From positions 65,688-129,687 of the forward strand of contig JAMOUT010000057.1 in the NCBI GenBank assembly GCA_027061995.1: 64,000 bases of DNA. The letters run 5' to 3'. A program made the translations under genes and the position numbers. Shown one piece after another: positions 10,970-21,307 of this stretch. Within the stretch, counting starts at the first letter, position 1. Every line of letters begins with the position of its first letter. The notes under the pieces were generated by a model. It did not search any database. It saw only the letters and a program-made list of their open reading frames with translations, and was not told the DNA's origin. The DNA is from Candidatus Aminicenantes bacterium. GTDB lineage: Bacteria; Acidobacteriota; Aminicenantia; JAMOAD01.

Positions 10970-13672
10970 TTACCTCCTCTTTTTCTTCTTTTTCTTTGGT
11001 ATTGAACCTTTTATTTTAAATTTCGGTTTCATCTCTCTTTTTATCTCTTCTTCAGGGACGGGGGTGAATGAAAACAGTATTTTCAAAGATTCCTCTTCTA
11101 TTATATTTATTGTGTGTTGAAACATATCAAACCCCTCTCTTTTATATTCCACAAGAGGATCTCTCTGTCCGTAGCCTCTCAGTCCTATTCCCTCTTTAAG
11201 GTGGTCCATTGCAAGAAGATGTTCTTTCCATCGGGTATCAATTGTCTGAAGAAGTATGACTCTCTCTATCTCTCTCATCTGTTCATTGCCGACCAAATTC
11301 TCTTTTTCTTCATATATTTCATGTAATTTTTTCAAAACCTCTTCAAGATATTCATTTCCGTCAAAACCCTCTTTTTCTATATCAAGCATATCGGGATCAA
11401 CAAAAAATTGCGCTCTCATTCTTGTTTTAAATCTATCCCAATCCCAATCTTCAAAAAAGGTTTCTCTGTTCATATTAGTTTCTTCACCTATTTGAAACAG
11501 GATATCTTCGGTTAATTGATTAAAGTATTCTTTTTGAGATTTTCCCTCGAGAATAGCTTTTCTCATTGCATAGATAACTTCTCTCTGTTTGTTCATAACA
11601 TCATCATATTCAAGAAGATGTTTTCTTATGGAGAAGTTTTGTGCTTCTATCTGTTTTTGAGCTCTTTCTATTGCATTTGAAACCATCTTATGTTTGATAG
11701 GTTCTCCCTCTTGAAGCCCGCTTAATTGCATAATTCTTGATAATCTGTCCGCTCCCCAGATTCTCATAAGATCATCTCCGAGAGAGAGAAAGAATTTTGA
11801 CATACCGGGATCCCCCTGCCTTCCGCATCTTCCCCTTAACTGATTATCGATTCTTCTTGCTTCATGTCTTTCTGTTCCTATGACATATAAACCGCCTAAT
11901 TCAAGAACTTTATCGTGTTCCATTTTTGTTTTATCTTCAAAATCCTTAAGAGTTTTTTCCCATTCTTCGGGACTGATATCTTCAATCTTTTTCCCTTTCT
12001 TTTTAAAATATTCTCTTGTCAAAAATTCGGGATTACCGCCGAGAAGTATATCCGTTCCTCTTCCCGCCATATTTGTGGCGATTGTAACAGCTCCTATTCT
12101 TCCCGCTTGAGCGACAATTTCCGCCTCTTTTTCATGGAATTTGGCATTCAGGACCACATGTTTCACCTTTCTTCTTTTTAATAATCTTGATAATTTTTCC
12201 GATTTTTCTATTGAAACAGTTCCCACAAGCATGGGTTGCCCTCTGTCATTATGTTTTTTTATCTCTTCGACAACAGCATCCCATTTTTCTTCGGGTGTTC
12301 TGTATATCTCATCATCAAACTCTTTTCTTATAAGTTTTTTATTTGTGGGAATAACAAGAACGGGGAGTTTGTAAATTTCAAGAAATTCGGCTGCTTCTGT
12401 CTCGGCTGTTCCCGTCATACCCGAGAGTTTTCTATACATTCTGAAATAATTCTGAAAAGTTATTGATGCAAGTGTTTGATACTCTTCCTGAACTCTAACC
12501 CCCTCTTTTGCTTCAAGTGCCTGATGAAGCCCTTCGGAGTATCTTCTACCGGGCATCAATCTTCCCGTAAATTCATCTACAATAACAACCTGTCCGTCTT
12601 TAACCATATAATCAACATCTCTTTCAAAAAGGGAGTGAGCTTTAAGAGCTTGATTTATTGCGCTTACAAGTTCCATATGTTTAATATCATATATATTTTC
12701 CATTTTAAAATATTTTTCCGCTTTGGCAATCCCCTCTTCGGTTAGGGCAACTGTTTTGGATTTTTCATCCACCTCATAATCCCCTTCCTGTTTTCGAGGT
12801 TCCTTTTTTTGAGCAAACATTGATGAAACCTGCTCTTTATTTGTTATAATTGATTTTCTAAGAGGTCTGACAAATCTGTCAACTTTATAATATAAATCAA
12901 CATTTTCTTCCGTAGGTCCCGAGATTATGAGAGGTGTTCTCGCTTCATCTATTAATATACTGTCAACTTCATCAACAATGGCGAAATTATGCCCTCTTTG
13001 AACAAGCTCTTCAATATAATATTTCATATTGTCTCTGAGATAGTCGAAACCGAACTCATTGTTTGTTCCATAGGTTATATCACAATTATAAGCGGCTTGT
13101 CTGTCCTTGTCCTCCATCTCATGCTGGATGAATCCGACGGTTAGCCCGAGAAATTCAAAAATCTTACCCATCCATTCTCTATCCCTTTTTGCAAGATAAT
13201 CATTAACAGTTACAATATGAACCCCTCTGTTTTTTCTCGGATTTCCGTTTTCATCTATGGAATCAAGAGCATTAAGGTAAGCTGGCAGGGTTGCCACAAG
13301 AGTCTTTCCTTCCCCTGTTTTCATCTCAGCGATATTCCCCTTATGAAGGATAATACCCCCGAGAATCTGGACATCGAAATGTCGCATATTCACGACTCTT
13401 CTGCCGGTTTCTCTTACAACCGCGAAAGCTTCCGGTAATATATCGTCAAGATAATCCTTGACCCTTTCTTCAACTATTTTATCATCTTCATATTGATTAT
13501 AAATCTCATTTATCTTTTCTCTGTAAATTGCGGTTTTCCCTTTTAATTCATCATCACTTAGTTTAACAATATCTGGTTCAAGTTCAGAGATTTTGCGAAC
13601 AAGCGGATAATATTTTTTTAATTCCCTCTCATTCTTTGTTCCGAAAAATTTTTGCACAATCCAATCAAACAT
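10970..13672 (-). CDS. secA: Preprotein translocase subunit SecA
   Basis: [52 protein letters not shown]; start moved to ATG 13672 because the TTG at 13678 overlaps the -10 box. Confidence 0.98.
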   Translation of the reverse strand: MFDWIVQKFFGTKNERELKKYYPLVRKISELEPDIVKLSDDELKGKTAIYREKINEIYNQYEDDKIVEERVKDYLDDILPEAFAVVRETGRRVVNMRHFDVQILGGIILHKGNIAEMKTGEGKTLVATLPAYLNALDSIDENGNPRKNRGVHIVTVNDYLAKRDREWMGKIFEFLGLTVGFIQHEMEDKDRQAAYNCDITYGTNNEFGFDYLRDNMKYYIEELVQRGHNFAIVDEVDSILIDEARTPLIISGPTEENVDLYYKVDRFVRPLRKSIITNKEQVSSMFAQKKEPRKQEGDYEVDEKSKTVALTEEGIAKAEKYFKMENIYDIKHMELVSAINQALKAHSLFERDVDYMVKDGQVVIVDEFTGRLMPGRRYSEGLHQALEAKEGVRVQEEYQTLASITFQNYFRMYRKLSGMTGTAETEAAEFLEIYKLPVLVIPTNKKLIRKEFDDEIYRTPEEKWDAVVEEIKKHNDRGQPMLVGTVSIEKSEKLSRLLKRRKVKHVVLNAKFHEKEAEIVAQAGRIGAVTIATNMAGRGTDILLGGNPEFLTREYFKKKGKKIEDISPEEWEKTLKDFEDKTKMEHDKVLELGGLYVIGTERHEARRIDNQLRGRCGRQGDPGMSKFFLSLGDDLMRIWGADRLSRIMQLSGLQEGEPIKHKMVSNAIERAQKQIEAQNFSIRKHLLEYDDVMNKQREVIYAMRKAILEGKSQKEYFNQLTEDILFQIGEETNMNRETFFEDWDWDRFKTRMRAQFFVDPDMLDIEKEGFDGNEYLEEVLKKLHEIYEEKENLVGNEQMREIERVILLQTIDTRWKEHLLAMDHLKEGIGLRGYGQRDPLVEYKREGFDMFQHTINIIEEESLKILFSFTPVPEEEIKREMKPKFKIKGSIPKKKKKKRR

Positions 13673-13706
13673 ATCCAATTTTATATGTTTTATCTTATTT
13701 AGTCAA
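13670..13706 (-). promoter_or_regulatory. sigma70 promoter abutting the secA start (putative leaderless)
   Basis: TTGACT-17 nt-TAAAAT-5 nt-ATG, no SD. Confidence 0.65.
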
Positions 13707-14022
13707 TCGGACTTTTTTTACCTGAAACAGAAAATAAGGGAGAATAGAAAAGAACAAAGGTGAAAAAATGAAGTTATAACGGATGTTCTAAAAGAAAACC
13801 GGAAAATATCATGATAAAAAATATCCTCAACAGATGTAAGCTGGCTTAAAACAGAGATAATTTTCTGTTTTAAATCAACCGCTCCCTTTGAAATTAAGCC
13901 GCCTTTTAACTTTGAGTTATTTTCCCCTCATTATTTTATCTTCTTTATATTTAACTTTTGGAAAATATTTTTGTCCGCTTTGGTAGAAAATGCGGTTGGG
14001 TTTTCGGGGCAATTTCTGTCTA

Positions 14023-14060
14023 TTGACTATGAGCAAAGAAAAAATTATCATATCTTTATG
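14023..14060 (+). promoter_or_regulatory. sigma70 promoter abutting the rfbB start (putative leaderless)
   Basis: TTGACT-17 nt-TATCAT-6 nt-ATG, no SD. Confidence 0.65.
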
Positions 14061-15083
14061 AAAATAGAAGAATTAAAATCTGTTTTGATCACAGGTGGTT
14101 ATGGTTTCATAGGCTCAAATTTTATAAGATTATTAAGGGAAAAGAATCCTTCCGTTAAAATATATAATTTTGATAAATTGACCTATGCCGCAAATATAGA
14201 AAATCTTAAGGATTTTGAAAATGATTCTAACTATACATTTATAAGAGGGGATATTAAGGATGGTTCCATGCTTGATATAATTTTCCCCAAGGTGGAACTT
14301 GTCGTTCATTTTGCCGCTGAAACACATGTTGATCGTTCCATACATAATCCGGGTGAGTTTGTTTTAACCGATGTTTACGGCACTTTTTCACTTCTTGAAA
14401 AGATGAAACAACATAAAAATGTCAAACTTTTCATTCATATATCAACGGATGAAGTTTACGGAAGTATTAAAAAGGGGAGTTTTACCGAGGATTCCCCCAT
14501 GAATCCCTCTTCTCCCTATTCAGCAAGTAAAACGGGTGCTGACAGACTTGCTTATTCCTATTTTAAAACTTATGAATTGCCGATAATTATTGTTCGACCG
14601 TCAAATAATTACGGCCCGTATCAACATGTTGAAAAATTCATCCCTCTGTTTATAACAAATGTTATCGAGGAAAGAAGTTTACCCCTTTACGGAACCGGAG
14701 AAAATATAAGAGATTGGCTTTTTGTTGAAGATAATTGCAAAGCGATAATGACTGTAATTGAAAAAGGAAAAACGGGAGAAGCTTATAATATAGGGGCGTC
14801 ACAGGAGAAAAAAAACATTGAAGTTGTTGATATGATTTTGAATTATTTTAATAAAAGCAGAGACATTCTTGATTTTGTTGATGATAGAAGAGCTCATGAT
14901 TTCAGATATTCTTTGAATTGGGATAAAATCGGTAAACTTGGTTGGAAACCCGAGGTAAATTTTGATGAGGGGCTTAAAAGGACTATAGAATGGTATATAA
15001 ATAACAGAAATTGGTGGGAGAAGGTAAAAAAGGGGGAATTCAGTAATTTTTACCAAAAAAATTATAAAAAGGAATTACAATGA
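14058..15083 (+). CDS. rfbB: dTDP-glucose 4,6-dehydratase
   Basis: TGGYGFIGSNF, DKLTYA, FAAETHVDRSI, STDEVYG, PYSASK; start moved from TTG 13971 to ATG 14058. Confidence 0.93.
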   Translation: MKIEELKSVLITGGYGFIGSNFIRLLREKNPSVKIYNFDKLTYAANIENLKDFENDSNYTFIRGDIKDGSMLDIIFPKVELVVHFAAETHVDRSIHNPGEFVLTDVYGTFSLLEKMKQHKNVKLFIHISTDEVYGSIKKGSFTEDSPMNPSSPYSASKTGADRLAYSYFKTYELPIIIVRPSNNYGPYQHVEKFIPLFITNVIEERSLPLYGTGENIRDWLFVEDNCKAIMTVIEKGKTGEAYNIGASQEKKNIEVVDMILNYFNKSRDILDFVDDRRAHDFRYSLNWDKIGKLGWKPEVNFDEGLKRTIEWYINNRNWWEKVKKGEFSNFYQKNYKKELQ

Positions 15084-16009
15084 AAGCATTTATAACAGGG
15101 GTTACGGGTTTTGCGGGAACATATCTTGCGGATATACTGAAAAATAACGGGTATGAAATTTACGGAGTCTCTCTTGAAGATAGTGATGATAAAAACATAT
15201 ACAAGGGGGATATAAATAATAAAGAGTATCTATATTCGCTTCTTGATAAAATATCTCCAGATATTATTTATCATCTTGCGGCTACAACATCCGTCAGAAG
15301 ATCTTGGGAGATACCGACCGAAACAATTAATAATAATTTTATCGTCAGTTTAAATATAATGGACTGGGTTAAAAGCAGAAAGGGAGTAAAACTTTTTATA
15401 ATGGGCAGTGGTGAAACTTACGGAAACAGAAACTCATTCCCCATAAAAGAGAGTGATTTAATAGAGCCGCTTACCCCTTACTCTTTATCAAAATATCTTG
15501 CGGAGGAAACCGCTGTTTTCTTCAGTAAGAATCTCGGAACAAAGATTTATCTTTCAAGAGCTTTTAATTTCACAGGTCCGGGTCAAAGAGCTGTTTTTGT
15601 AATTCCCTCGTTTTCCAAACAATTGGCTGAGATGGAATTGGGATTAAGGGAAAAAATTTTAAAAGTGGGAAATCTTAAAGCTATCAGAGATTTTACCGAT
15701 GTCAGGGACACTGCAAAAGCGATATATTTGATAACTGAAAAGGGTAGGTCGGGAGAGCCCTACAATATAGCGAGCGGCAGTTCGTATTCTATTGAGCAAC
15801 TTTTATCAATTCTTCTCGAATTTGTTGATTTTAAGGTGGATATAATAAGAAATGAGAGTGAATTCAGAAAAAATGATATATTAAAACTTGAAGGTTCTTA
15901 TGAAAAATTGTTTAATGATACAGGTTGGAAACCTGAAATAGATATTAAAACAACTTTAAAAGATAGTTTGGATTATTGGCGAAAAAAGTTAAGTGAAAAA
16001 AAATCTTGA
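15080..16009 (+). CDS. NDP-sugar dehydratase/reductase (GDP-mannose 4,6-dehydratase/Rmd-like extended SDR)
   Basis: TGVTGFAG, PYSLSK, RAFNFTGPGQ, VGNLKAIRDFTDVRD. Confidence 0.8.
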   Translation: MKAFITGVTGFAGTYLADILKNNGYEIYGVSLEDSDDKNIYKGDINNKEYLYSLLDKISPDIIYHLAATTSVRRSWEIPTETINNNFIVSLNIMDWVKSRKGVKLFIMGSGETYGNRNSFPIKESDLIEPLTPYSLSKYLAEETAVFFSKNLGTKIYLSRAFNFTGPGQRAVFVIPSFSKQLAEMELGLREKILKVGNLKAIRDFTDVRDTAKAIYLITEKGRSGEPYNIASGSSYSIEQLLSILLEFVDFKVDIIRNESEFRKNDILKLEGSYEKLFNDTGWKPEIDIKTTLKDSLDYWRKKLSEKKS

Positions 16010-17309
16010 GATTAAAAGAAAGATAATTCATGTTTTTTTCGGGCTTCCCGTTATTTTATACAGATTTATCCCTTTTGAATGTGTAATGGCAATCGCTATT
16101 ATTGCCATTGTGCATAATCTTTTTATTGCCCCTTTTTACATGCGTTCTGTTTTTAAAAAAGAGAAAAAGATTGACATTGGAATTGTGATATATCCCATAG
16201 CGGTTCTAATATCCATAATTGTTTTTAAAAATAATCCTGTTTATGCATCCTTTATCTGGTTAACCCTGTCTTTCGGAGACGGTTTTTCAGGTTTAATCGG
16301 GGTTATATTCGGTAAAAAAAAATTAAAATATAATCCCGATAAAACTCTTGAAGGATTTTTGGCAGGTTTTATATCTTCTTCAACAGGGATGATTTTAATA
16401 TATCTTTTATTAAGAAACAGATTTCCGCAAACACTTAATCCTAATGAAATCTTTTTCATGATTTTTTTACTCTCTTTTTCAACCTCTTTTGTGGAAACAC
16501 TTCCTTTTAAAATCAATGATAATATCACTGTTCCGATAACAGGTTTTATTATCACTTTTATCTTTATAAATTCAAGCGGAATCTCTCTTTTTATTAATAC
16601 GGATAAAAATCATATAATATATTCCATTTTACTTTTTCTGTTTGCCGCAGCATCTTATATCCTTAAATTTCTTAATCTTTCGGGGAGCATATCAGCTTTT
16701 GTCATAGGATTTTCCATTTTATGCTTATCGGGAATTTATTCCCTCGGACTTTTAATAATATTTTTTATTTTATCGATTGCCGCCACAAAATTCAGGGACG
16801 ATTATAAAAGAATCATGGAGATTTCGGAAGAAAACAATGGAATCAGAGGGTTGACAAGTGTTTTACCTAAGGGGATTGTTCCCCTTTATGTCTCTCTTCT
16901 TATCGCTTTTCATCCGAGTATGATTTATTTTAAGATTATATACCTTGTTGTGATAGGAACAGCTCTTTTTGATACTGTCAGTAGTGAGATAGGGAAAGGG
17001 TATGCGGGGCAAACATTCTCACTGTTAAAACTCAGAAGGGTTTATCCGGGAGAAAGAGGGGGAATATCCGTCGAAGGAACTGTTGCTGGTTTTATCTCTC
17101 TGTTTATCCTTTATTATATAGGGTATTATTTTAATATGTTGAGAGTTGAATATTTGGGGATAATGATATTGGCCCCTCTTATCTCAAATATTTTGGAGCC
17201 TTATTTTTATTTTATTGTAAAAGGGGAAGAGAGGATAAAAAAAGCGATTGTAAATTCACTTAATTTATTATCAGCTGTTTTTATAATGATTATTTTTATT
17301 TATCTGTAA
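15993..17309 (+). CDS. Fusion of a phytol/dolichol-kinase-like (CTP-dependent) domain and a DUF92 domain
   Basis: N-half RKIIH...FGDGFSGLIG...KTLEG...NDNITVP; C-half DTVSSEIGK...PGERGGISVEGT; GTG start overlapping the upstream gene. Confidence 0.8.
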   Translation: MKKNLEIKRKIIHVFFGLPVILYRFIPFECVMAIAIIAIVHNLFIAPFYMRSVFKKEKKIDIGIVIYPIAVLISIIVFKNNPVYASFIWLTLSFGDGFSGLIGVIFGKKKLKYNPDKTLEGFLAGFISSSTGMILIYLLLRNRFPQTLNPNEIFFMIFLLSFSTSFVETLPFKINDNITVPITGFIITFIFINSSGISLFINTDKNHIIYSILLFLFAAASYILKFLNLSGSISAFVIGFSILCLSGIYSLGLLIIFFILSIAATKFRDDYKRIMEISEENNGIRGLTSVLPKGIVPLYVSLLIAFHPSMIYFKIIYLVVIGTALFDTVSSEIGKGYAGQTFSLLKLRRVYPGERGGISVEGTVAGFISLFILYYIGYYFNMLRVEYLGIMILAPLISNILEPYFYFIVKGEERIKKAIVNSLNLLSAVFIMIIFIYL

Positions 17310-17772
17310 AAAAAGAGGCTACCCCTATTGAGATAGCATCGGATTCATCCTCTTTCATCTTGTTTGTATCAACCTTGATAAAATATTTAAGAGCCTCTTT
17401 TACTTGGGATTTTTGTGCTCTTCCGTATCCTGTGATTATATTTTTTACATCGGTAGGGGATATTGAAATTGTTTTAAGATTATTTTCAAAACCAAGATAT
17501 ATCAAAGCGCCCCTGAGATGAGCAAGGAGAAAAGAGCTTCTGACATTTATTCCCGTGAAAATATCCTCTATGATTATTTTATCAACTTGATATTGTTTTA
17601 AGATTTGTTTTATCTCTGTTGTTATTATGAAAATTCTTTCTTCAAAAGAAAGTGTTTTATCGGTTGATATTATTCCGCTTTTTATAAGGGTTAATTCATC
17701 GCCGTTTTTTTCTATGACGGCAAAACCGGTTCTATTTAATCCCGGGTCAATACCTATTACCCGTTTGCAAAT
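17296..17772 (-). CDS. ruvC: Holliday junction resolvase RuvC (158 aa, probable ATT start)
   Basis: Frame is open upstream of the 69-aa track [22 protein letters not shown]...IIIEDIF...HLRGAL...[12 protein letters not shown]...[10 protein letters not shown]; lies downstream of yebC. Confidence 0.9.
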   Translation of the reverse strand: MCKRVIGIDPGLNRTGFAVIEKNGDELTLIKSGIISTDKTLSFEERIFIITTEIKQILKQYQVDKIIIEDIFTGINVRSSFLLAHLRGALIYLGFENNLKTISISPTDVKNIITGYGRAQKSQVKEALKYFIKVDTNKMKEDESDAISIGVASFFTDK

Positions 17773-18509
17773 TTGTCTATCTCCTCATCGCTAATATCAA
17801 AATTAGCCCAAACATTCTGAATATCATCATGATCTTCAAGAACTTCCATAAGTTTTAACATCTGATTCGCTTGTTTACCTTCGAGTTTAACAAATGTTTG
17901 GGGGATTAGTCCCACTTTCGCATCATCATATTCAACGCCATTTTCTTTAAAAGCATTGACAACGGTATCAAAATCTTCGGGTGTCGTATAAACAACGAAA
18001 TTGGATTCCTCCTCCTGCATATCCTCTGCGCCCGAATTTATAACGAGCTCCATAAGTTTTTCCTCATCTATTTTATCTTTAGGAACTATTATGAAACCTT
18101 TCCTGTGAAACATCCATGCGACACAGCCTGATTCTCCCAAATTCCCGCCGTGTTTTGAAAAAATATGTCTTAATTCGGCAACCGTTCTGTTTTTGTTGTC
18201 GGTTACTGTTTCAAGATAAACTGCAACCCCTCCCGGTCCGTATCCTTCATATTTTATCTCTTCATAATTTACCCCTTCTATTTCACCGGTTCCCCTTTTA
18301 ATAGCTTTTTCTATATTATCTTTGGGCATGTTTGCTTGCTTTGCGTCTGCTATTGCTTTTCTTAATCTTGAATTTTTCTCGGGATCTCCCCCTCCCTCTC
18401 TTGCTGCAATTTGAAGTTCCCTGATAAGCCTTGTGAATATTTTACCCCTTTTTGCATCAACCGCAGCTTTTTTATGTTTTATCGAATGCCATTTGGAATG
18501 TCCTGACAT
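17757..18509 (-). CDS. yebC: YebC/PmpR family protein
   Basis: [44 protein letters not shown]. Confidence 0.96.
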   Translation of the reverse strand: MSGHSKWHSIKHKKAAVDAKRGKIFTRLIRELQIAAREGGGDPEKNSRLRKAIADAKQANMPKDNIEKAIKRGTGEIEGVNYEEIKYEGYGPGGVAVYLETVTDNKNRTVAELRHIFSKHGGNLGESGCVAWMFHRKGFIIVPKDKIDEEKLMELVINSGAEDMQEEESNFVVYTTPEDFDTVVNAFKENGVEYDDAKVGLIPQTFVKLEGKQANQMLKLMEVLEDHDDIQNVWANFDISDEEIDKFANG

Positions 18510-18536
18510 ATCAACCTCCTTAGTATTGAATATTGA

Positions 18537-18565
18537 ATTTTATCACATAGAATTTATTCTTTCAA
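18537..18565 (-). promoter_or_regulatory. sigma70 promoter of yebC-ruvC
   Basis: TTGAAA-17 nt-TAAAAT with extended TG; leader carries SD AGGAGGT. Confidence 0.55.
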
Positions 18566-18568
18566 ATA

Positions 18569-19711
18569 TTATTTTTTTCCGATAAAAACAGAGATTGATT
18601 GTTTTACTTTTGAAAGATATTTTTCATAACTGAAGTTTTCTTCAGCGAATTTTTTCCCTTTTTCCCCCGCTTTTATCCCCTCTTGGGATAATCCTCTGTT
18701 TATCCCTTCCGCTATCCCTTCCGGGGTAGGGGGGATTAGAACAGAGATTTCATCCGTTAAAATCTGAGTATGGCTCAGTATATTTGTTGCAACTATCGGT
18801 TTTCCCGATTTTAGATAACTGTATATTTTAAGCGGGGTATTTGTTCCCTCTTTTCGCGGAGACAAAAGTAAATCGGCTGCTTTAATATAATTTATTATCT
18901 CTTTCTTAGGAACCTGTTTTATAAATTTTATTTTACTGTCATCGGGTTTATAATTATTTTTGATTTTTGCTATCTGCTCCTCATCTCCGCCGACAACCAA
19001 AATTTTAACATCATCTTTTAAAAGTTCGGATGCTTTTACAAGAAGATCTATCCCTTGGTAGTGTTCAAGAGTTCCCGCATAAAGAGCTATTTTTTTATCG
19101 GGAAACATATTTTTAATCTCTTTTATCTTTGTTTTATCGGGCTCATACTCTTCATCCAAAAAATTTTCAATTAATATAATGGTTGAGTTTTCGAATTTCG
19201 ATTTCACATGGTTAAAGAGTTCGGGGCAAATCGTTATTATTGAATCCGAGTTTTTAAGGACAAAGTTTTCAAGAATGGTGAGAGTTTTGATAATTGTTTT
19301 TGATTTTGTGAAATTGAAATTTGTCATTTGTTGAGGGAGTGAAGAATGCATATCATAAAGATGGGGTTTTTTAAAAAATTTATTCAAAAAAGCACCGAGA
19401 TATCCCCCCTCCTCATGAGTATGAATGATGTCATATCTTTTAAAAACAGCATAATAGAATGCTTTGGGAAACAAAAACATATCAAGTATGATTTTTTTTA
19501 AAGAGGGACCTATCTTCACTTTTTTAATAAAGGGAACTTTGAAACTTCTTATGATTCTCAGGTTTTTGATTTCAACATCCTCCCCTATCGGGTATGTGAT
19601 AATATCGATTTTATGTCCTAATTCGGATAATGCTTTTATTCGATAAAATTCACTGAAAGGGGTTCCTCTCGGTTCAAAAAAAGGCTCGGGGGCTATCATT
19701 AATATTTTCAT
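18569..19711 (-). CDS. Glycosyltransferase family 4 (GT-B)
   Basis: MKILMIAP, YAGTLEHYQGIDLL, PLKIYSYLKSGKPIVAT. Confidence 0.88.
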   Translation of the reverse strand: MKILMIAPEPFFEPRGTPFSEFYRIKALSELGHKIDIITYPIGEDVEIKNLRIIRSFKVPFIKKVKIGPSLKKIILDMFLFPKAFYYAVFKRYDIIHTHEEGGYLGAFLNKFFKKPHLYDMHSSLPQQMTNFNFTKSKTIIKTLTILENFVLKNSDSIITICPELFNHVKSKFENSTIILIENFLDEEYEPDKTKIKEIKNMFPDKKIALYAGTLEHYQGIDLLVKASELLKDDVKILVVGGDEEQIAKIKNNYKPDDSKIKFIKQVPKKEIINYIKAADLLLSPRKEGTNTPLKIYSYLKSGKPIVATNILSHTQILTDEISVLIPPTPEGIAEGINRGLSQEGIKAGEKGKKFAEENFSYEKYLSKVKQSISVFIGKK

Positions 19712-19860
19712 TTTATTTCCTTAATAAATATTTAAGATTGAGATTTTAACATTTATAACCTTATTATTCAACCTTATCCTCTTAAACATGTTGAATAGAG
19801 TTGATTTTATCTGTTAAAAAATGATATTCTACCCTTTAATAAATTGAAACGGAGAAAAAA

Positions 19861-20193
19861 ATGGAGATAATAATAAAATCAAAAGATGAGTTAAAAGAAA
19901 GATTGGAAAAGGATACGGCTCAGCTTTTATATTTTTCCACCCCTACTTGTAATGTTTGTAAAATATTAAAACCTAAAATTATTAAAATGCTTGAAGAAAA
20001 ATATCCTGAGATGGGATTTTATTATATAGATGTTGAGGAACATAAAGAAATAGCCGCGGAAAATTCGGTTTTTACAATACCTACAATTCTTGTATTTTTC
20101 GATAATAAAGAGACAATAAGAAAGAGCAGATATGTCGGGGTAAAAGAGTTAGAAGAGCTTATTCGTCGCCCTTATTCAATGTTTTTTGAATAG
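19861..20193 (+). CDS. Thioredoxin-family protein
   Basis: CNVC motif, VFTIPT cis-Pro loop; SD GGAG. Confidence 0.85.
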   Translation: MEIIIKSKDELKERLEKDTAQLLYFSTPTCNVCKILKPKIIKMLEEKYPEMGFYYIDVEEHKEIAAENSVFTIPTILVFFDNKETIRKSRYVGVKELEELIRRPYSMFFE

Positions 20194-20214
20194 TATAATA
20201 AATAAATCTTTTAT

Positions 20215-21180
20215 TTATAATAATCCCTGTTTTTTATACCAAGCTATTGTTATTTTCATCCCCTCTTTGAATTTTATTTTAGGGGAATAATTAAAGAGCT
20301 TTTTGGCTTTTTCTATTGAAAGAGGTTTGCTTCTCTCAAAAAAAGCAAGACTTGATGATGTTAACGGGAGAGTTATTCCGAGAGGTTTGGAGATTGCATC
20401 AAGAGATTTTGCCAGAAGTTTGAGTGGAAGAAGCGGGATTTTAAAAGGGAGAATCTTTTTATTAAGAGTTTTGGCAATGGTTTTTACCATCTCTTCTATT
20501 GTTAAAATTTCATCCGAGCTCATATTAAATATCTCTCCCGAAGGGATGTTTTTTGATTTCATTAAGAGGATTATTCCTTCTGCAATATCTTCAACGAAAA
20601 CAGGGGTTTGTTTACCATCCCCTTTCCCGGCTATAAAAAAATATCCTTTATTTATTGTTCTGAAAAGTTTAAGTGTTCTTTTATCCTCGGGACCATATAT
20701 CCAACCCGGCCGGATAATCTTTATGTTTATTTTATCTTTGAATTTTAATACAGCTTTTTCCCCTTCATATTTTGTTTTTTCATAATTATCTTCAGGGGTG
20801 GGAGGAAAGTTTTCATCAATAACCCCTTGTTTTGTCCCTTTCCCGTAAACTCCAGCGGAGCTTATGTATATGAAATTTTTTATTCCGGAAGAAATTGCCG
20901 CTTTAACCATATTTTCGGGAAAAAGAGTGTTTATTTTATAATAATAATCATAATCAGCTTTTGTCCATCCGAGAGCAGCAGCCATATGAATGATTGTATC
21001 AGCTCCGGCTATAATTTGTTTTAGAAAATCAAAGGATATATTATCTGTTTTTATCTCTTTTACCCCTTTGATTTTTGAACTTGTTTTATTGATAAGATTT
21101 ACAGTTTCATACCCTTCATCAACAAGTTTTCGTAAAACGAATTTTCCCAAAAAACCGGAACCACCTGTAACAATTATCAT
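20215..21180 (-). CDS. NAD-dependent epimerase/dehydratase (extended SDR)
   Basis: TGGSGFLG, ISSAGVYG, YEKTK, RPGWIYGP. Confidence 0.88.
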   Translation of the reverse strand: MIIVTGGSGFLGKFVLRKLVDEGYETVNLINKTSSKIKGVKEIKTDNISFDFLKQIIAGADTIIHMAAALGWTKADYDYYYKINTLFPENMVKAAISSGIKNFIYISSAGVYGKGTKQGVIDENFPPTPEDNYEKTKYEGEKAVLKFKDKINIKIIRPGWIYGPEDKRTLKLFRTINKGYFFIAGKGDGKQTPVFVEDIAEGIILLMKSKNIPSGEIFNMSSDEILTIEEMVKTIAKTLNKKILPFKIPLLPLKLLAKSLDAISKPLGITLPLTSSSLAFFERSKPLSIEKAKKLFNYSPKIKFKEGMKITIAWYKKQGLL

Positions 21181-21214
21181 TTGAGATGATATAATAATTA
21201 TAAAAACCGGTCAA
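21178..21214 (-). promoter_or_regulatory. sigma70 promoter abutting the start codon (putative leaderless)
   Basis: TTGACC-17 nt-TATCAT-5 nt-ATG. Confidence 0.65.
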
Positions 21215-21307
21215 TTATTTTTTTTCCATAAAATACGAATAAGAAGGAAAAACGAATTATAAAAGAGGATTAAAATATATGTTAGGAAGCCATGTAATTG
21301 CTTGGTT

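Noticed and set aside
13971..14057. N-terminal extension of rfbB in the ORF track; similar extensions on secA, flgF, flgI, fliT-like, fliC, osmC, trmFO, the response regulator and the 61116 OMP
   Set aside because: The extensions overlap promoters or upstream genes and precede the conserved N-termini; downstream ATGs have better SD or promoter context.
17296..17505. ruvC as a 69-aa fragment or pseudogene
   Set aside because: The frame is open and conserved for 89 more codons upstream, with the catalytic residues intact.
20303..20785. 160-aa plus-strand ORF
   Set aside because: Antisense shadow of the epimerase gene.
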